DNA of 64,000 nucleotides from the NCBI GenBank assembly GCA_028534125.1, contig CM052818.1, positions 24,182,001-24,246,000 on the forward strand, given 5' to 3'. The notes under the pieces were generated by a model. That model saw nothing but the letters and a program-made list of their open reading frames with translations. It was not told where the DNA came from and made no database searches. Positions 40,569-53,640 of this stretch are shown in pieces (within the stretch, counting starts at the first letter, position 1; the number at the start of each line of letters is the position of its first letter). Made by a program: the position numbers and the translations under genes. Source of the DNA: Lama glama. Its lineage: Eukaryota.

Positions 40569-40586
40569 CAGTGGCCAGTAGAGGGA
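40569..40586 (+). other. Degenerate primer-binding site, tRNA-Ile-like
   Basis: cagtggccagtagaggga versus TGGTGGCCAGTACGGGGA (complement of a tRNA-Ile(AAT) 3' end as I recall it), 14/18 matches. Confidence 0.55.
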
Positions 40587-41115
40587 CCAGAGAAAACTCC
40601 TGATGGCTCTAGGCTGGTGAACAAACAGGTGTGGTGCCCATAATTAAGCCCATTGTCACTCACTGCCCTTCTTCCTGACCCTGAGATTTAAAGGTAGGTC
40701 TTTGTCCTCTTTGCCTTTGAAGTCCTCCAGGCTTTACTTGGGATCTATTAAAAAGTTTTATCTTTCTGGTTAAGGCCTTATTCTGTATGCAAATATTCAC
40801 TTGTCAATTTGATCTTATCTTGAGATCAAACTGTTTCAACTGATGGTGGCTGAAGTTGCCTTTGGCCCAGTTCCTTTGAGGAGGGGTTGCTTCAAATGAA
40901 ATCACCAGTTTTCAGCCTTAGGCCTATTTCTTTGGAAGAGCTATTTTCTGGAAACTGGCTAAAAAATGCCTTGGCCTGGCTCCTCTGGGACCACGCTATT
41001 TCCTTTGAATTGGCTAGAACTGTCTTACAAGCTGTTTGAATTGAGCCATTTGTGCTGTGAGCTGTCTAAGCTGTTTGAAAAATGTCCTTTCTTCTAGAGG
41101 AAAATCCTCTAGGAA

Positions 41116-41895
41116 ATGGGATCCCTAATGTTTTGAGGGCCTCCCCACTACAGGGTCTCCAGCTGATCTTATGTTTAAAAACTGAGGTCCTTCCTAATGA
41201 ATGGACGGGCCTTCCCTAAAGCAATTTAGCTTATCCATGGCCATTATGGAGAACTTTTGAAATTCTGAAACTTAATTTCCTTAAAACCAAGTTGGACTAC
41301 AATAGTTCAAAAATTTCCAGAACTGAGTTGAATGATTATTTCAATTGGTATTTTGAAGTTTCCCAACGTTATCAGGAGTCTAAAATTGTCTCTCTACAAA
41401 ACAAGATTTTAAGATTAACTGAAGCAAACAAATAATTAAATGCAGATAAAATGGCTCCCAAAGCCTCAGGCTCTTCTTTCTTGACTTTGCTGCAGGCTCT
41501 GCCTCTGGTCCCATCTTCCTCCTTCCCTTCTATGCAGCCTAAGCCTCCACTGTACCTCCAATCCTCCCACACTAATTCTCCCACCAGACTCTCCCTTTTC
41601 TCTGAAACTCTTTCCACTCTCTTTACCTCTGAACATGTGAGAACCTGTCTCTTTAAAATTAAGGCTTCCAATGATATGGAAGCTAAACACTAATTTCTTA
41701 GTGTGTCCAGATTAAAAGCTAAACTGTGAACTATCGTCAAAGATTCCTCCAAAGTAACTGAAGATCTTCACAAATTTTCTGAGGAATTTAATATCATCCT
41801 TCAAACTTGACCTGGTTTCTCTGACTTTTATCAGCTAGATCATATGCTTGTCAGAGAAGGCCAGGCCCAGCATTGGGTGAAAACTGCTAAATGGG
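41116..41895 (+). pseudogene. ERV gag remnant (matrix and capsid N-terminus)
   Basis: ATG GGA TCC (MG myristoylation-type start), 'PWPLWRTFEILKL', P/S-rich linker, 'IVKDSSKVTEDLHKFSEEFNIILQT*PGFSDFYQLDHMLVREGQAQHW'. Confidence 0.7.
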
Positions 41896-41899
41896 AAAG

Positions 41900-42050
41900 T
41901 TGTCTGTTGGAAAAGACACTGCCAGAAGAATTCTCTTTAATGTCACTGAAAACGCCCCTATCAGGTACTTCTTACCAAGCCCTGCATTGCCAAACTCCAA
42001 GGAATAAACTCTTGGATTCATGTGACACACCTAAAGAAAGTGCTGAACCC
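41900..42050 (+). pseudogene. ERV integrase C-terminal (GPY/F) remnant
   Basis: 'WKRHCQKNSL*CH*KRPYQVLLTKPCIAKLQGINSWIHVTHLKKV' matches the WKGPYxVLL...WIHxSHxK motif. Confidence 0.75.
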
Positions 42051-42441
42051 TGGCTGGGCCCCACACATCATCTGGTGACCTGAAAGGAAAGATTTCTCAG
42101 AACTGAGGCAGATGACATCTGGTGAGATAGTTTTTCCATACTCAGACACAAGCCTATTGGAAATTTGTCACCACACCTTTGAAGATGAAATAATGCTTCA
42201 GATGATCTCCAATGTCTATAATCTTGATAACACGTGGAATTTAGATTAAAAAGTGCCTGAAGTTCTCCTTCTTTGTTACTTGAATGTGACTTTAATAGGT
42301 TTCCAAACTGTATACTTTCTGAGACACTACATCCAGGAAATTTCCTTCCTGACATTGAAGGGAAAAAGCTGCTGAAACTAGAAAACCTGACTCTTGATTA
42401 GAGATGCTTTCAGAGAAAAATCTTGATTAAAAAAGGGGAAA

Positions 42442-42770
42442 AGTAAAACACGAATAAATGGAAACCTTGAATGAATAGAGTTGGGAGACCCTAGAGGGAG
42501 TTCTCACTCTCTGTGACAATAGCTGAGTCCAACAGGAAGAAGAAAGGCTCCTTTTCTTTCCTGGCAAGAACTCAGCCAATGAAAAGCCATAGGCTATTCA
42601 TTTACTTCAGCCCTCCCAACTTCCTCTTCCTCTCTATAAAAATGTTCTCCTTCCCGTGCTGTGAAGGGACTGCCATAGTTGCAGACCCAAAATTGTAATT
42701 CTCTGTCGATTCCAAATAAACCCATTTTTGCTGGAGAAATATCTGGCAGCCTATTTGTTTCAGGTCAACA
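42442..42770 (+). repeat. 3' LTR
   Basis: Diverged copy of 40228-40565 ending 'tttgtttcaggtcaaca'. Confidence 0.9.
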
Positions 42771-45284
42771 ATCTCATTCACCTGACAGCATAAAAACAAT
42801 TTACTACACGTCTTTGATACATGTTCAAGGCACAGTGTAACAACTTTTTTTCTTATTCTATTTCATTTTAGCTACAGCCCTACAAGGAGCTCAAGTCACC
42901 CTAAAGCCAAAGTCATTAAGTCGTTGATCCAAAGTCCAAAATCTTCCTACTTTCATTGTACTCCTCAAAGGCATTTTAATATCTTATCCTCCATAATTTT
43001 TACTCTGTTGTTTGGATAAAATGAAAATCAGGGAGTATTGAGCCTATAACAATCTCACCCTTATATCCTGCGTTCATGGAAGAAAACTTACCTATGCTGG
43101 AAACAGAATGAACTGTCTACTGTTCTGTTCTCATGTCTGCTATGTGGGAAACTTTCAGCAGTGCTAATTGCTCTGCTTTTGAGAACACACAGTGAGGATA
43201 TCATATCTTCCTAAATCCCTAAATTTTATTTTAATAGGCTGTTAACATTCTTAGTTATCATCATAGCAAAGTTTTAAGATTTTTTTTTTTTTCATAATCA
43301 AAGCACCTACCAAGTGCTTGAGTGAATGACGGGGTTTCCCAAAGACAAGTTCAGGCACTACTGATAGTATTCTCAAAATAGAGATGTTGGAATGAAGTAG
43401 TGGAAAGAATTCTGAAGCTGCATCGACAAGATACAGACTAAAACTAACTTGGAATGCTTCCAAACTGCTTGATTTTAAACAGTCACTTAACCCTTAGGAG
43501 TCCCAGAGTCTTTACGATGGAGATGGTAGCTCCCACCCCAGCCAGACCACAAAGTGGTGTAGTAAGCACATAGGAGGTCCTATTTAGAAGGATATTCTTT
43601 TGCTTTCAAAAAGTACAATGCAAATGCATATGTTTGTTCCCCTTCCGTCTGTCACTTGCCTCCACCCTTCTCCAAGAGGTACCTGGACTCTCTAAGCACC
43701 AGCACGGCAGACACAGCTCTGTGGGAGCAGAAGACCCCAGATGGCTCAGCGAGGCACCCAATGCAGACAGGCTGAGACCAGAGATTACCCTGGGAAAAAG
43801 GAATTAGAGAAGACAGTGATATAGTAGGGTAAAAAAATCAGAAAAAGCTATCACATATCTCCATTATGTTTACTAGAATTTCTTTTGCAAAATGTTATAT
43901 ATTAATATTGTCTACTTATTTCTTACAAGGATACATGTTTGATGACACTTTCAAGTTTTTTTATGGAGTTATCAAGGGCATCTAAGAATAAATAGGGACA
44001 AGGTTAATCAAAAAGGCTACAGTGGAAAGCACCTTTGTAAAGGGTACATTATATTGGGAGAGAAAATCAACACTTGATCCACAGCTGCTGAAAATATATG
44101 ACAGTTATGGCCAATAATACAGTACCAGAAACAAAAGGAAGGAAGACAGCATTAGGGAGTCCAAAATGCTTATTGACATTAACTTGTTGTAAAGGAGAGA
44201 GCATGAGATAAAACGAAATGAATGTTTCTAACATGCAATTATAAAATAGCCTAACCCCAGGGAACCCTCTTATGTGTAACTTTATTATGCATATTAAGTT
44301 AATCATGAAATCATAAATGTTTCTGAATAACTACAACTGTGGGTCAAGGGCTATACTGTTATCTCAGAAAATTTTCAGTACATTTCACAAGGTGATTGCT
44401 ATACCATCCCTTCCCGACCATCATCTGCAGATTGGAAAACAGACTCAGAGCAAAACACTGAAGTGCACTGAGGCTAACAGGCTACTTGTTTGCTTCTTCT
44501 TTTATTATCCTTTCTTCGCCTTGGAATCAAAGATGTGCCTTGGCTTAATAATTAACCATAGCAGGATGCACTTGTTCTCTGAATGAGATATATTCTTAGC
44601 AAATAGTAAAAACAAAGATTGAAAAAAAACTTATTTCCATCACCTTAATTTCAAGTAAATGAACATCAGGGGGATTTTATGGCCCAAACTATTCTCTTCT
44701 TCCTATAATTAGAAAATCATAAAAAAATACTTCCAGTAGAAAGAAACAATTTTCTAGATTAATAATAGAAATAGCATATAATTATTAGTAAAGGAATATT
44801 GTTTATTAGAAGAAATGAAGTGCAGTATATTTATCCAATGAATATATTAATATGTGTCCCAGAATTATTTTTCAATTCATGTTTATTTAGAAAAAGTATG
44901 ATGCTGTTAACAAAAATACTTTTATTTTTGCAATAAGTATAAAAATAAAAATGTGAATGAGAAGTTCATGTAATTTCTAATGCTAAAATAGCACTGAACT
45001 GTATCACTGGTAGTATTGACAATCTTAATTAAAAAGTCATTTAATGGTAATGTTAACAAACCTGGCATATTTTTTTTTGAGTCAGATTGACACTTTTCAA
45101 GACTCAAGCATAACTGATGTCCCTTTGGTAAAATGCAGAGTAGAATCTGTGAAGGAGCATCTGATGTAGCAAAATTAAGGTCAAAGACTCGGCAAAATAT
45201 GTTATAGGCTGTAACAGATGTTCCCAGATTAAATCACATTGCTATTAAAAACTATGCAGACATTCAGTTGATAAAACCTAGAAT

Positions 45285-45440
45285 CTCAGAACTGTAGAAC
45301 CAGAAGGGATTTTTAGAGACGAATCATTATCATTTTAAAACTGAGGAAACTGACAAGCAAAGAGGGTTAAGTGTTTATCCCAAGGTCCCAGAGTTATCAG
45401 TGGCTGGACTTGAACTCAAGTCCTTTCTTGAACTCCAGGT
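45285..45440 (-). mobile_element. MIR-family SINE
   Basis: 'cattttaaaactgaggaaactgac...agagggttaagtg...cccaaggtcccagag...ctggacttgaactcaagtc'. Confidence 0.7.
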
Positions 45441-46388
45441 TGTCTCTCATTTTGACAAATGAAGGGACATTTTAATATTTCACTTAAAATATATTTAGGG
45501 TAAATTATCCTGTATAAAATTAAATACAGGAATATTAAAAAAAAAAACCCCAAAACCCAGACCATTGCATCTTTCAACGTTTCCCAATTCCTGCTCCTGG
45601 ATATTGCCCAGTCTAATATTTAATATTAAAAGACACATTTCAAAATGCTACCATTCTCCAGGCATAAAAAATGTCTCAAGCTAATAGTAAATCTGCAACA
45701 CATTTTTTAAAATTTGTAATGTACCATTAAAGATTGGCAAATATTAACACCATGCTAGTGTGTGGGTGGTATCTCTTTAAAATCTGATGATGTACAAATA
45801 ATTTCTCAGTTGATCTTTCACAAAAGTTATTATCCAGAGTTTGGGTGCTAATACTAAACTTCTATCAATCACAAAAGATTTGGCAACAAATGGGCAAATA
45901 CTTAAACCAGCAAAGTCAAAAACACTACAGTGAGGTTAAACGCTTTCTTTCATGGGTAAATCAAGTTGACGGTGGAGCAACAATACACTTAGAGGGAAAA
46001 TTATTCTAAGTATATTCTAAGATGCATGTAATATAGCACTTGTGATTTGTAAGCCCTTATCATGGACTGGAAATTAGAAAATCTGAGTTCTATAATAACC
46101 TCTTCTGTGATGTCAGGAGGGATTCTGACCCCAACTTTTCACTGACCAACTGGGATAGACTTTGCAGAGGACAGACACCAGTACAAGGACAGTACACTTG
46201 ACTCTCATCCCAATAATAAAGATGTAGAGCTAATAATCTCTTCTCATCTTAGCCAGTGGCAGAACTGGTCATCGGGTCATCATAGCCAATGACCTGAAAG
46301 TGAATATGGATTCCTCACTTGGGTCCACCCCCTCAATCTCTAATCATTCAGCTTTATCAAGACTACATCCCACTGCTGTCTCTTTACA

Positions 46389-46549
46389 TCAGTGGTTCTC
46401 AAATGTATGGCCATCAGAATCCTCTGGAGAAATTTGCACTGGTGACAATACAAAAGCCCACACGCTATCCCACTTCAAGGAGCCTGCGCCTCCATGGGCT
46501 TTATTAGCTATCCAGGTGATCATGATATGGAGCCAATTTGAGAAGGGCA
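46389..46549. mobile_element. Degenerate MER5-like MITE
   Basis: 'cagtggttctcaaatg...catcagaatc.tctggaga'...'ccaggtgat...tttgagaa'. Confidence 0.5.
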
Positions 46550-46849
46550 ACTTTGATGTATGCTCTTAATTTTCCTCTGCCAGATAGATGCATTTGCCCA
46601 TTAATTGGCCTGCGTGACTCCAGCTTCTCTCTCCACCAATCCATTCTTTAGCCCGTCAACAAACCTGAAGTCCAAGCTTAAAAAAGTGCTTATCACACTT
46701 AACAGTAAGTCCAAATTTATTATGCATCTAAAACCCTTTAGGATTTGGCTTTAGTTGTCTCCTCCAACCACATTTTTCATCACTTCAGATTACATGCACA
46801 TTCCCCTAATGCATAATACTTTCTCAGAGTCCAGGTCTTCCTGATAACC

Positions 46850-47470
46850 ATTCACATATTCATTCAAAAATTGTTTATAGAGTTTTTACCATCAGTACAG
46901 CATTGGATCTAATACTGGGGGTAGGTGGTGAAGAAAAGGAAATCATACTAGTTCTCCAGGAGTGAAAAATATTAAAATGAACACATTTAATTTCATTAGT
47001 CAGGATGAATGCTGCAAAGAGTAACCATAGGGTGTTAGGAATGCCTAAAATAGGGGCCTCACCTGGTCTGGCAATTTTCTGAAGTACCTTCCTCAAAGAA
47101 TTGATTTTCTAGCTAATGTTTTAAGTTTAGATAGAAATTACCAGATAAACAGCAGGGGTTATAGAGGAGCCTTTAAAGATAGGGAACAGTATGTGCAAAA
47201 GTCTTGTGGTGGGAGGAGAATTACATTTTAAAGGAGCTCAAAGAAGGTTATATAGGTTAAAACAAAAAGAGAAAAGAGGTGAGTAGTCAGAGATAAAGTC
47301 AGTGATGGGGCAGAAACCAGTCGATGTAAGCGCTTGTTAGTCATACCTTTCCTTTATCCTAAGGAGAACTGAGAGTCATTGCATACTTTTAAGCAGAGAA
47401 TTGTCTCAGATTTGCATTTGGAAAGATTGTGCTGACCACAATTTAGGGAATGGATTAGATGAAGGAAAGT
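46850..47470 (-). mobile_element. L2 LINE fragment
   Basis: 'cattcacatattcattcaaaaattgttt', 'gggaacagtatgtgcaaaagtcttgtggtggga', 'ttttaagcagag...tcagatttgcatttggaaagat'. Confidence 0.6.
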
Positions 47471-48019
47471 ACAGATCATGTACTACTTCACAGATGGCCA
47501 TTACAGCAGCCCAGGAGAAAACAAATGGGGCTCGGACTAGCCTCTGATCCCAGAGCTGCAGCAAGGAAAATGGTAAGAGATGACAGATTGAAGGCATGCT
47601 TCGCACTCTACTCAAGTAACCATCTTTTTTCCCCACCTCATCTTTTGGTTCCATCTGCAAAGCCTAGATTAAATCAGGCCTTCCTACTCCAGTTAGCTTA
47701 GCACTGGGCATTACTCTTGCTGTATTTTAAATATTGGGTTATGCATCTCTCTTTTATACTAAAATGCAAATTATTAAGGGCAAGGGCTATGCTTTATCTT
47801 TATCTCCACTGCCTAATTCTATGTTTCAATAAATATTTGAAAGAATTGACTAGGAATTGACCAGCCATGTGATCCTGGGCAAGAAATCTAACTACTTACA
47901 GACTTCAGTATCGTCACTTAACAAGGAACCTCATCCCCTCACTGGGGCACTGTGAGCCCTTAGAGCCAAATCCCAGCAAGCAAATATCTTTTCCTGGCAC
48001 TGAGGATATACTGAAATGG

Positions 48020-48512
48020 AATCAGGAAGATCCCAGCAGGAAAGATTTAACTGAAAAGGATTTTAGGAAGGAGATTTTTATATATGTTGGGGCAGGGTTC
48101 AGGGACCAAAAAGAAGAGACAAGTGTTCAGGATGTCTGATATCACGAAAGCTCTTCCATGCCTACACATAAGGTAATGAGAAGAAACAGTGTCAGGGAAG
48201 CCTAGTGGGGGATGGAACTGTGGGTGTGGGTCTGTCCAACAGCAGTCATGGCCAAAAGAAGGGCAGCCTCCACCAGGATTGTGGTCAGTCAAGGAGTGAG
48301 CTGGTGTGGCAAGAGGAATCCAGTAACCAATCCACCTCTTCTCCCAGCCTTCAGTATCTTTCCAGTGCTTCTCATTGACTGAGCCCTCGTGAAAGCCAGA
48401 GGGCAAGAAAATTCAGGTGAGTCTGTTCTTGGGGTTGATCTCCCAGGCTACTGAGCAGGATACAGAAGAGGGAAGAATGGATCCAAGGGGGAAACTGGAA
48501 AAGAATCAGCAT
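48020..48512. mobile_element. Ancient ERVL/MaLR-type solo LTR (subfamily uncertain)
   Basis: 'ccagtgcttctcattgactgagccc...aagccagagggcaag...gagcagg...gaatggatc...ggggaaactgga' resembles old ERVL-class LTRs. Confidence 0.5.
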
Positions 48513-48654
48513 GGGAAAAAAAGTTCTACATAACTCTTTAAGATAAACATGGAAGAATGAATTTATTTCTTTAAAGGACTTTACTTGAAACTTTAATCAA
48601 CACGATACATATCAATAAAGTAAAAGGTCAGCCATCAGCTACGAAAAATTAATT

Positions 48655-48890
48655 TTCTTTTTTTCTCATTTTCTTTCTTTTAATTTGATTTTTGATTGAC
48701 GTATACTTGATTTACAATGTTAGTTTCAGGTGTACCACACAGCGGCAATTCAGTTATACATACACATACATATATATTTTTTCTTTTCAGATTCTTTTCC
48801 CTCATATGTTATTACAAGACATTGAATATAGTTCCCTGTGCTATACAGTGGGTCCTTGCTGTTTATCTATTTTATATGTGGGAGTGTGTA
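48655..48890 (-). mobile_element. L1 3' end, antisense
   Basis: T-rich tail then 'ttgacgtatacttgatttacaatgttagtttcaggtgtac...gaatatagttccctgtgctatacagtgggtccttg'. Confidence 0.85.
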
Positions 48891-49326
48891 TGAGAGATTG
48901 AATTTAGTAAGCCCAGAGAAGTGAGTTCAATAAAGCCCTCTTACTAATGATGAGGGCCAGATATGAGCAAAAGTCAGAACAGTGAGTACTAAATTAGGAG
49001 ATCACAGAGCCATGGAAATCGTGGCAAGAAAGGATGAAGTAAATAGGCCAAGTGGAGGACAATACAGGCAAACCCTCAGGCCTGGAGCTTCTGCTGTCTT
49101 TCACATTTACGTCCACATCTATATTGGAAGGTCAGTAACAAAAACCTTTCCAATTAAGAAATCAAGAGACCTCAATATTCACATCATTTTACATAATGTT
49201 ATTGTAACTGCAAGAAAATATCTCTATACTATTTAGAACTCAGAGATTCTCATCTCACATACTCTATTTAATTTGATTGATTTGAATATTTATTTCAATA
49301 TTAAAAATATTGATTTATTTTTTATG

Positions 49327-49488
49327 ACCAACAACAAGGTCCTATGGTTTAGTACAGGGACCTATATTCAATAGCTTGCAATAATGATAAAGAATATGAA
49401 AAAGAATATATATGTATAACTGAATCACTATGCTGTACACCAGAAACTAACATAATATTGTAAATCAACTATACTTCAATTTGAAAAA
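49327..49488 (+). mobile_element. Short L1 3' end
   Basis: 'aacaacaaggtccta...tataactgaatcactatgctgtacaccagaaactaacataatattgtaaatcaactatacttcaat'. Confidence 0.85.
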
Positions 49489-50011
49489 GACTATGGCCTA
49501 GGAGTGTGAAACCAAATAAAATTCAGTACATCAAATATCAGTGGAAAGAGTCTTCATATTAACATCAATAATTACTGCTGATCAACAGAGAATCTACTAT
49601 GTGTTAGGCAGGGATTAGAGGCTTTGCAAACCTCATCTTTTCCTACTACCAAAACTGCTTATAAAAGACACTGTAATCCACAACCTTCTGGAAAAGAGCC
49701 TGAGGCTTTCAGAGGAGGTAACACACCCTGCCTACATGACGAAAGAAAGTGGGAAGACTGGTTTCACACTTGGGTCTCTGCACCTGCAGCTCTCATTTTC
49801 TCCTCTACACGCTGTAGCCAAATGAAGCAATGGAGCTGCCCATAGTTCATACTAAGGAAGTGGTTGATAAGTTCCATATTTAGATAGAGGAATACTAATG
49901 GGAATTTACTTCCTTTTCTAATTAATTGGGAAAAGCATATCAGAAGAGACGGAAATTGTGAGCTAATTGGTTCAGGGAAATAAGATAGGTTAGTTAAGAG
50001 TACACAGTACC

Positions 50012-50543
50012 TAAAAATAATAAAATAATGCTGTTTGCAGCAACATGAACAAACCTGGAGACTGTCATTCTTAAGTGAAGTAAACCAGAAAGAGAAAGAA
50101 AAATACCATATGATATCACTTGTATGTGGAATCTAAAAAAAAAAAAAAAAAAGACAAACGAACTTATTTACAAAACAGAAACAGACTCACAGACATAGAA
50201 AACAAACTTACGGTTACCAGGAGGGGAAGGGAGTGGGAAGGGATAAATTGGGAGTTCAATATTTGCAGACACTAACTTTGGAGATGCTAACTACTATATA
50301 TAAAATAGATAAACAACAAGTTTCTACTATATAGCACAGAGAACCATATTCAATATCTGGTAGTAACCTATAATGAAAAAGAATATGAAAATGAACATAT
50401 GTATGTATATGTATGACTGAGACATGGCTGTACACCAGAAACTGACACAACATTGTAAACAGACTATACTTCAATTAAAAAAAAAAACTGAGTGTGCTTC
50501 CACTCAGGCCCAATAAAACAGCAGATCCAAAAAAAGAAAAAAA
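50012..50543 (+). mobile_element. 5'-truncated young L1 with an extra non-L1 3' segment (candidate transduction)
   Basis: L1 3'UTR to A tail at 50477-50487, unique 41 bp, second A-rich tail; TSD-like aagagtacacagtacc (49996-50011) and aagagtacatgatacc (50544-50559). Confidence 0.85.
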
Positions 50544-50829
50544 AAGAGTACATGATACCCAACAGATGTTTATTAAAGAGGGAAATGAGCCTCACCTAGA
50601 GTCATAGGGAGAGTGAGCAGGCTGGGTCTGAAAAGTGTGGTTTCAGCAAGATGGAAAGATTGAAGGTAAGATTGCAAAAGGACATACTTAGCGATAAGAA
50701 ATTGCTTGTGGGAAAGGGTGCTTTGCAAGTTGGCCTTCTTGGCAGACTTCAGATGTTTCTTTATGTCATCTACCTACTTGTTTTATTGACTTATTTAATT
50801 TCTTCTTTAACTCTGAAAGCAAATTTGAT

Positions 50830-51560
50830 TGCTATTTTCCATGCACACGACTAGGTGCCTGGGCATCTGAAGATAAAGTGACACGTTCTTCCCCTTCCTA
50901 GGGTTGCCCATCTAGTGGAAGGACACAGAGCCATACCAACAATGTCATCTTGAGTGACAAGTGCTAAAATAGCTTCTGAAGATGCTTTGGAGACACAGAG
51001 GGAAAAACACCTTTATCATTACGAGATCAGAAGGGTTCCTTTTTAAAAACTTGGCCTTGAAGAATGAAAATCTAAATGGGTAGAGAAAAAAATATCAAGA
51101 AGGTTTTAAGTAGAGAGAATGACACCTGTGGAATCTTTGAGAAAAGAGGCAAATAGTTTAACACAACCAGAGCGGAAGGTGTTTATGAGATAGGGTTGGA
51201 AGATGAACTACAAGAAACAGGCAGGTGCCAAATCAGGCAAGAAGTTGTATAGCGAGCTGGGGAATTTGAGAGTAACCACAAAACTCTGGGAAACCCATGA
51301 AAGGTTTATATCAGCAGTGATAAAATCAGATGAAAGCTTAGTAAAGATCATATTGGAGACAATATGGAGGGAAGATAGGAGGAACTCCAGATAGGAGGCA
51401 CAGAAACCAAAACCAGTTTGGAGAGCTTGCTTCCAAACCCAGGACATCATGTAAATCGTTGTGATCATTCCTGACACAGGAACACAGGAGGAGAAGCGGA
51501 CTGGATCGGAGAAAATGAGAAGTTTTCAACTTCATTATTTTCTCGTGAGTTGTCAGCATT
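50830..51560 (-). mobile_element. Decayed L2 fragment
   Basis: Purine-rich tract with 'gtgcctgggcatctgaagata', 'catctagtggaaggacacag', 'ttagtaaagatcatattgg' in L2 order. Confidence 0.4.
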
Positions 51561-53429
51561 CCTCTTTAACATGTTAAGAAGGAGAAGGGATAAATTGGGG
51601 ATCTCATGATGCTTGTGTTCATTTTCTGACCCTGAACTGAACAAAGGCTTCCCAGGAACTGGGATTACTGTAAATATACAGCACTGGGAGAGATGGGAGG
51701 TCAGCTGAGCTTTAACTGCTAGGGGCAGTGGGAGTGGGAGCCACCCGTTTTCACACTTTCCCATAGTTTCTTAACCCTCATGGTTTCAAGAGTATGAAAG
51801 ACGCTGCTTCACAGTCACGTGATGCTGATCTTTGAGAGGAAAATACTAATGCTCTGTTGGGAACAAATGCACTCACCAAGAACATGGTTTTTTTTGCCAA
51901 GTAGCATCTTCATGCCATGACAGATTAGTAAGTGGTGAGCAGGCGGGAAAAACAACTCACCCCCAGCCTCAGAATGGATTTCATACCTGCCTCACTGCAG
52001 ACAAGAGACATTATAAATCTGATCAGAGTAGTTCAATCAACAGAGCAAACAGGTTCCTAGACTGGAGAAAAGGCTAGATGACTTTTGTCCTTGACCTAGA
52101 GAATTACCCAGGCAACCAGAACTTCAGCTTCTCTGTCTCCTAAATGAGCCTGGTTAAGTGATACGCTCTCTAAACTGGTGCATCTCAAATCAAGCTGAGT
52201 CTGATATAGTTTGGGATCCACTGCTCCAAATATAAAGATCGTAGGGAGCGCTGGTAAACAAATACATTTCATTTGGACCCCCTCCCCCTAAATGGGGTCT
52301 GAAAAACAGTGTGACTCAGGCAAAATGTACAACATCTCAGCAAATGAATGGTAGTAACTTTGTAAAACTATAATATGGCTATAATAAATAATGCGCAATG
52401 ACAAAAAAATCTTTGGTTATTTTACAGCATTGCTCAAATGTGGGAACAGCACTCATTAAAACACTTTCTTTTCACTCTTCTGTTGCAAGCAGGATTCTCT
52501 GGTGGCAAACATGAGAAAGCCAACATAATAATTTAAGGAGAAAGTAAAAATTACGGAAGGTCATGGGAGTGGCTCGTAGGAATGAAGGGTAAGATGATGA
52601 GGAAGCTGATAGCAACATGGAACATTTAACTCCGGGGACCTAGGTAGCAGGAACAAGCAGATATCTCTCCTGAGGGGCAGAAGAGAAGAATGAATTCCTT
52701 ATCAAGTCGAGTAACAGCTTTTATAAATGATGTTCAGGAAAGAATAAGCCTGCTGGAAAAGAGTGATGTCGCAGAGTAGGAAAGCACGTTCTCTAGAACT
52801 CCCCACGCAGAGTCAATCAACAAGCATATGCTTTAGTTCTTTAGTTAGTGTTGATCCCCTAATGAATTACACTCATTTAAAACTGGAAACAGCCCAACAA
52901 ATACTCTATATAAAGACCATGCCTTAAAGGAAGACAGCATGAGGAATAATAATAATAATTTTTTAAACCTGGCTGTATTCTCTTGACATCCATCCAAGTA
53001 CTGCCAAAAAATAGGTGAAGTTGGACGATGGTAAACTTTCTAAGGCTGACAAGCCACAGGAGGTCATTGGGGCAAAATTTTTTAAAAAATTAAAAAATAA
53101 AAGAAGAAGAAGAAGAAAAAGGAAACTCACCTTCTAAGTGGAAAATTAAAACTTGATTTAGGTGGAGTTTATAATGAAACTGAAAATTAGTTCCTTTCAA
53201 TGTGCGTCAAATTTTCTTAAGATAAATTCCCTAATTTATAGGACCATGGATAATATCCAGCCCAGCCAATGGAAAAATTATATTTAACTGCTATTTAGTT
53301 CAACCAAACTTTCAGTATTTGGATGATACTTTAGTGCTAATTGTCACAGAGTTAAACCCCTAAGTCTCGGTGATGTAATGACAGAGCTTACAGGAGTGAT
53401 TGCGAGCAATGAAACGTGCTTTCTTAATA

Positions 53430-53640
53430 CCACAGGAGAGTAGGGAGAGCAGTTTTCATTTTGGAATCTGGTGCTCAATCTTACACTTATTTTCTACGTA
53501 GCTTTAGGCAGGCATTTTAATCTTTTTAATCCTCAACCTCATCATACAAAAGGAGACTGGTAACTAATTACCAGCCCTGCCTATTTCACCAGATTGTAAA
53601 ATGCATCAGGCAAAATGATTGGTGGTAAAATCACTTGGCA
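53430..53640 (+). mobile_element. Degenerate MIR
   Basis: 'ggaatctggtgctcaatct...gtagctttaggcaggcattttaatct...cctcaacctcatc...cctgcctatttcaccagattgt'. Confidence 0.45.

Larger units (their letters stand above)
40228..42770 (+). mobile_element. Internally deleted class I (ERV1) provirus with two LTRs
   Basis: Direct repeats 40228-40565 and 42442-42770, PBS after the 5' LTR, PPT 'aaaaaaggggaaa' before the 3' LTR, 4-bp TSD atcc/atct, gag and integrase remnants. Confidence 0.9.

Noticed and set aside
49270..49325. AT-rich palindromic tract (aatatt repeats)
   Set aside because: Expected by chance at this AT content
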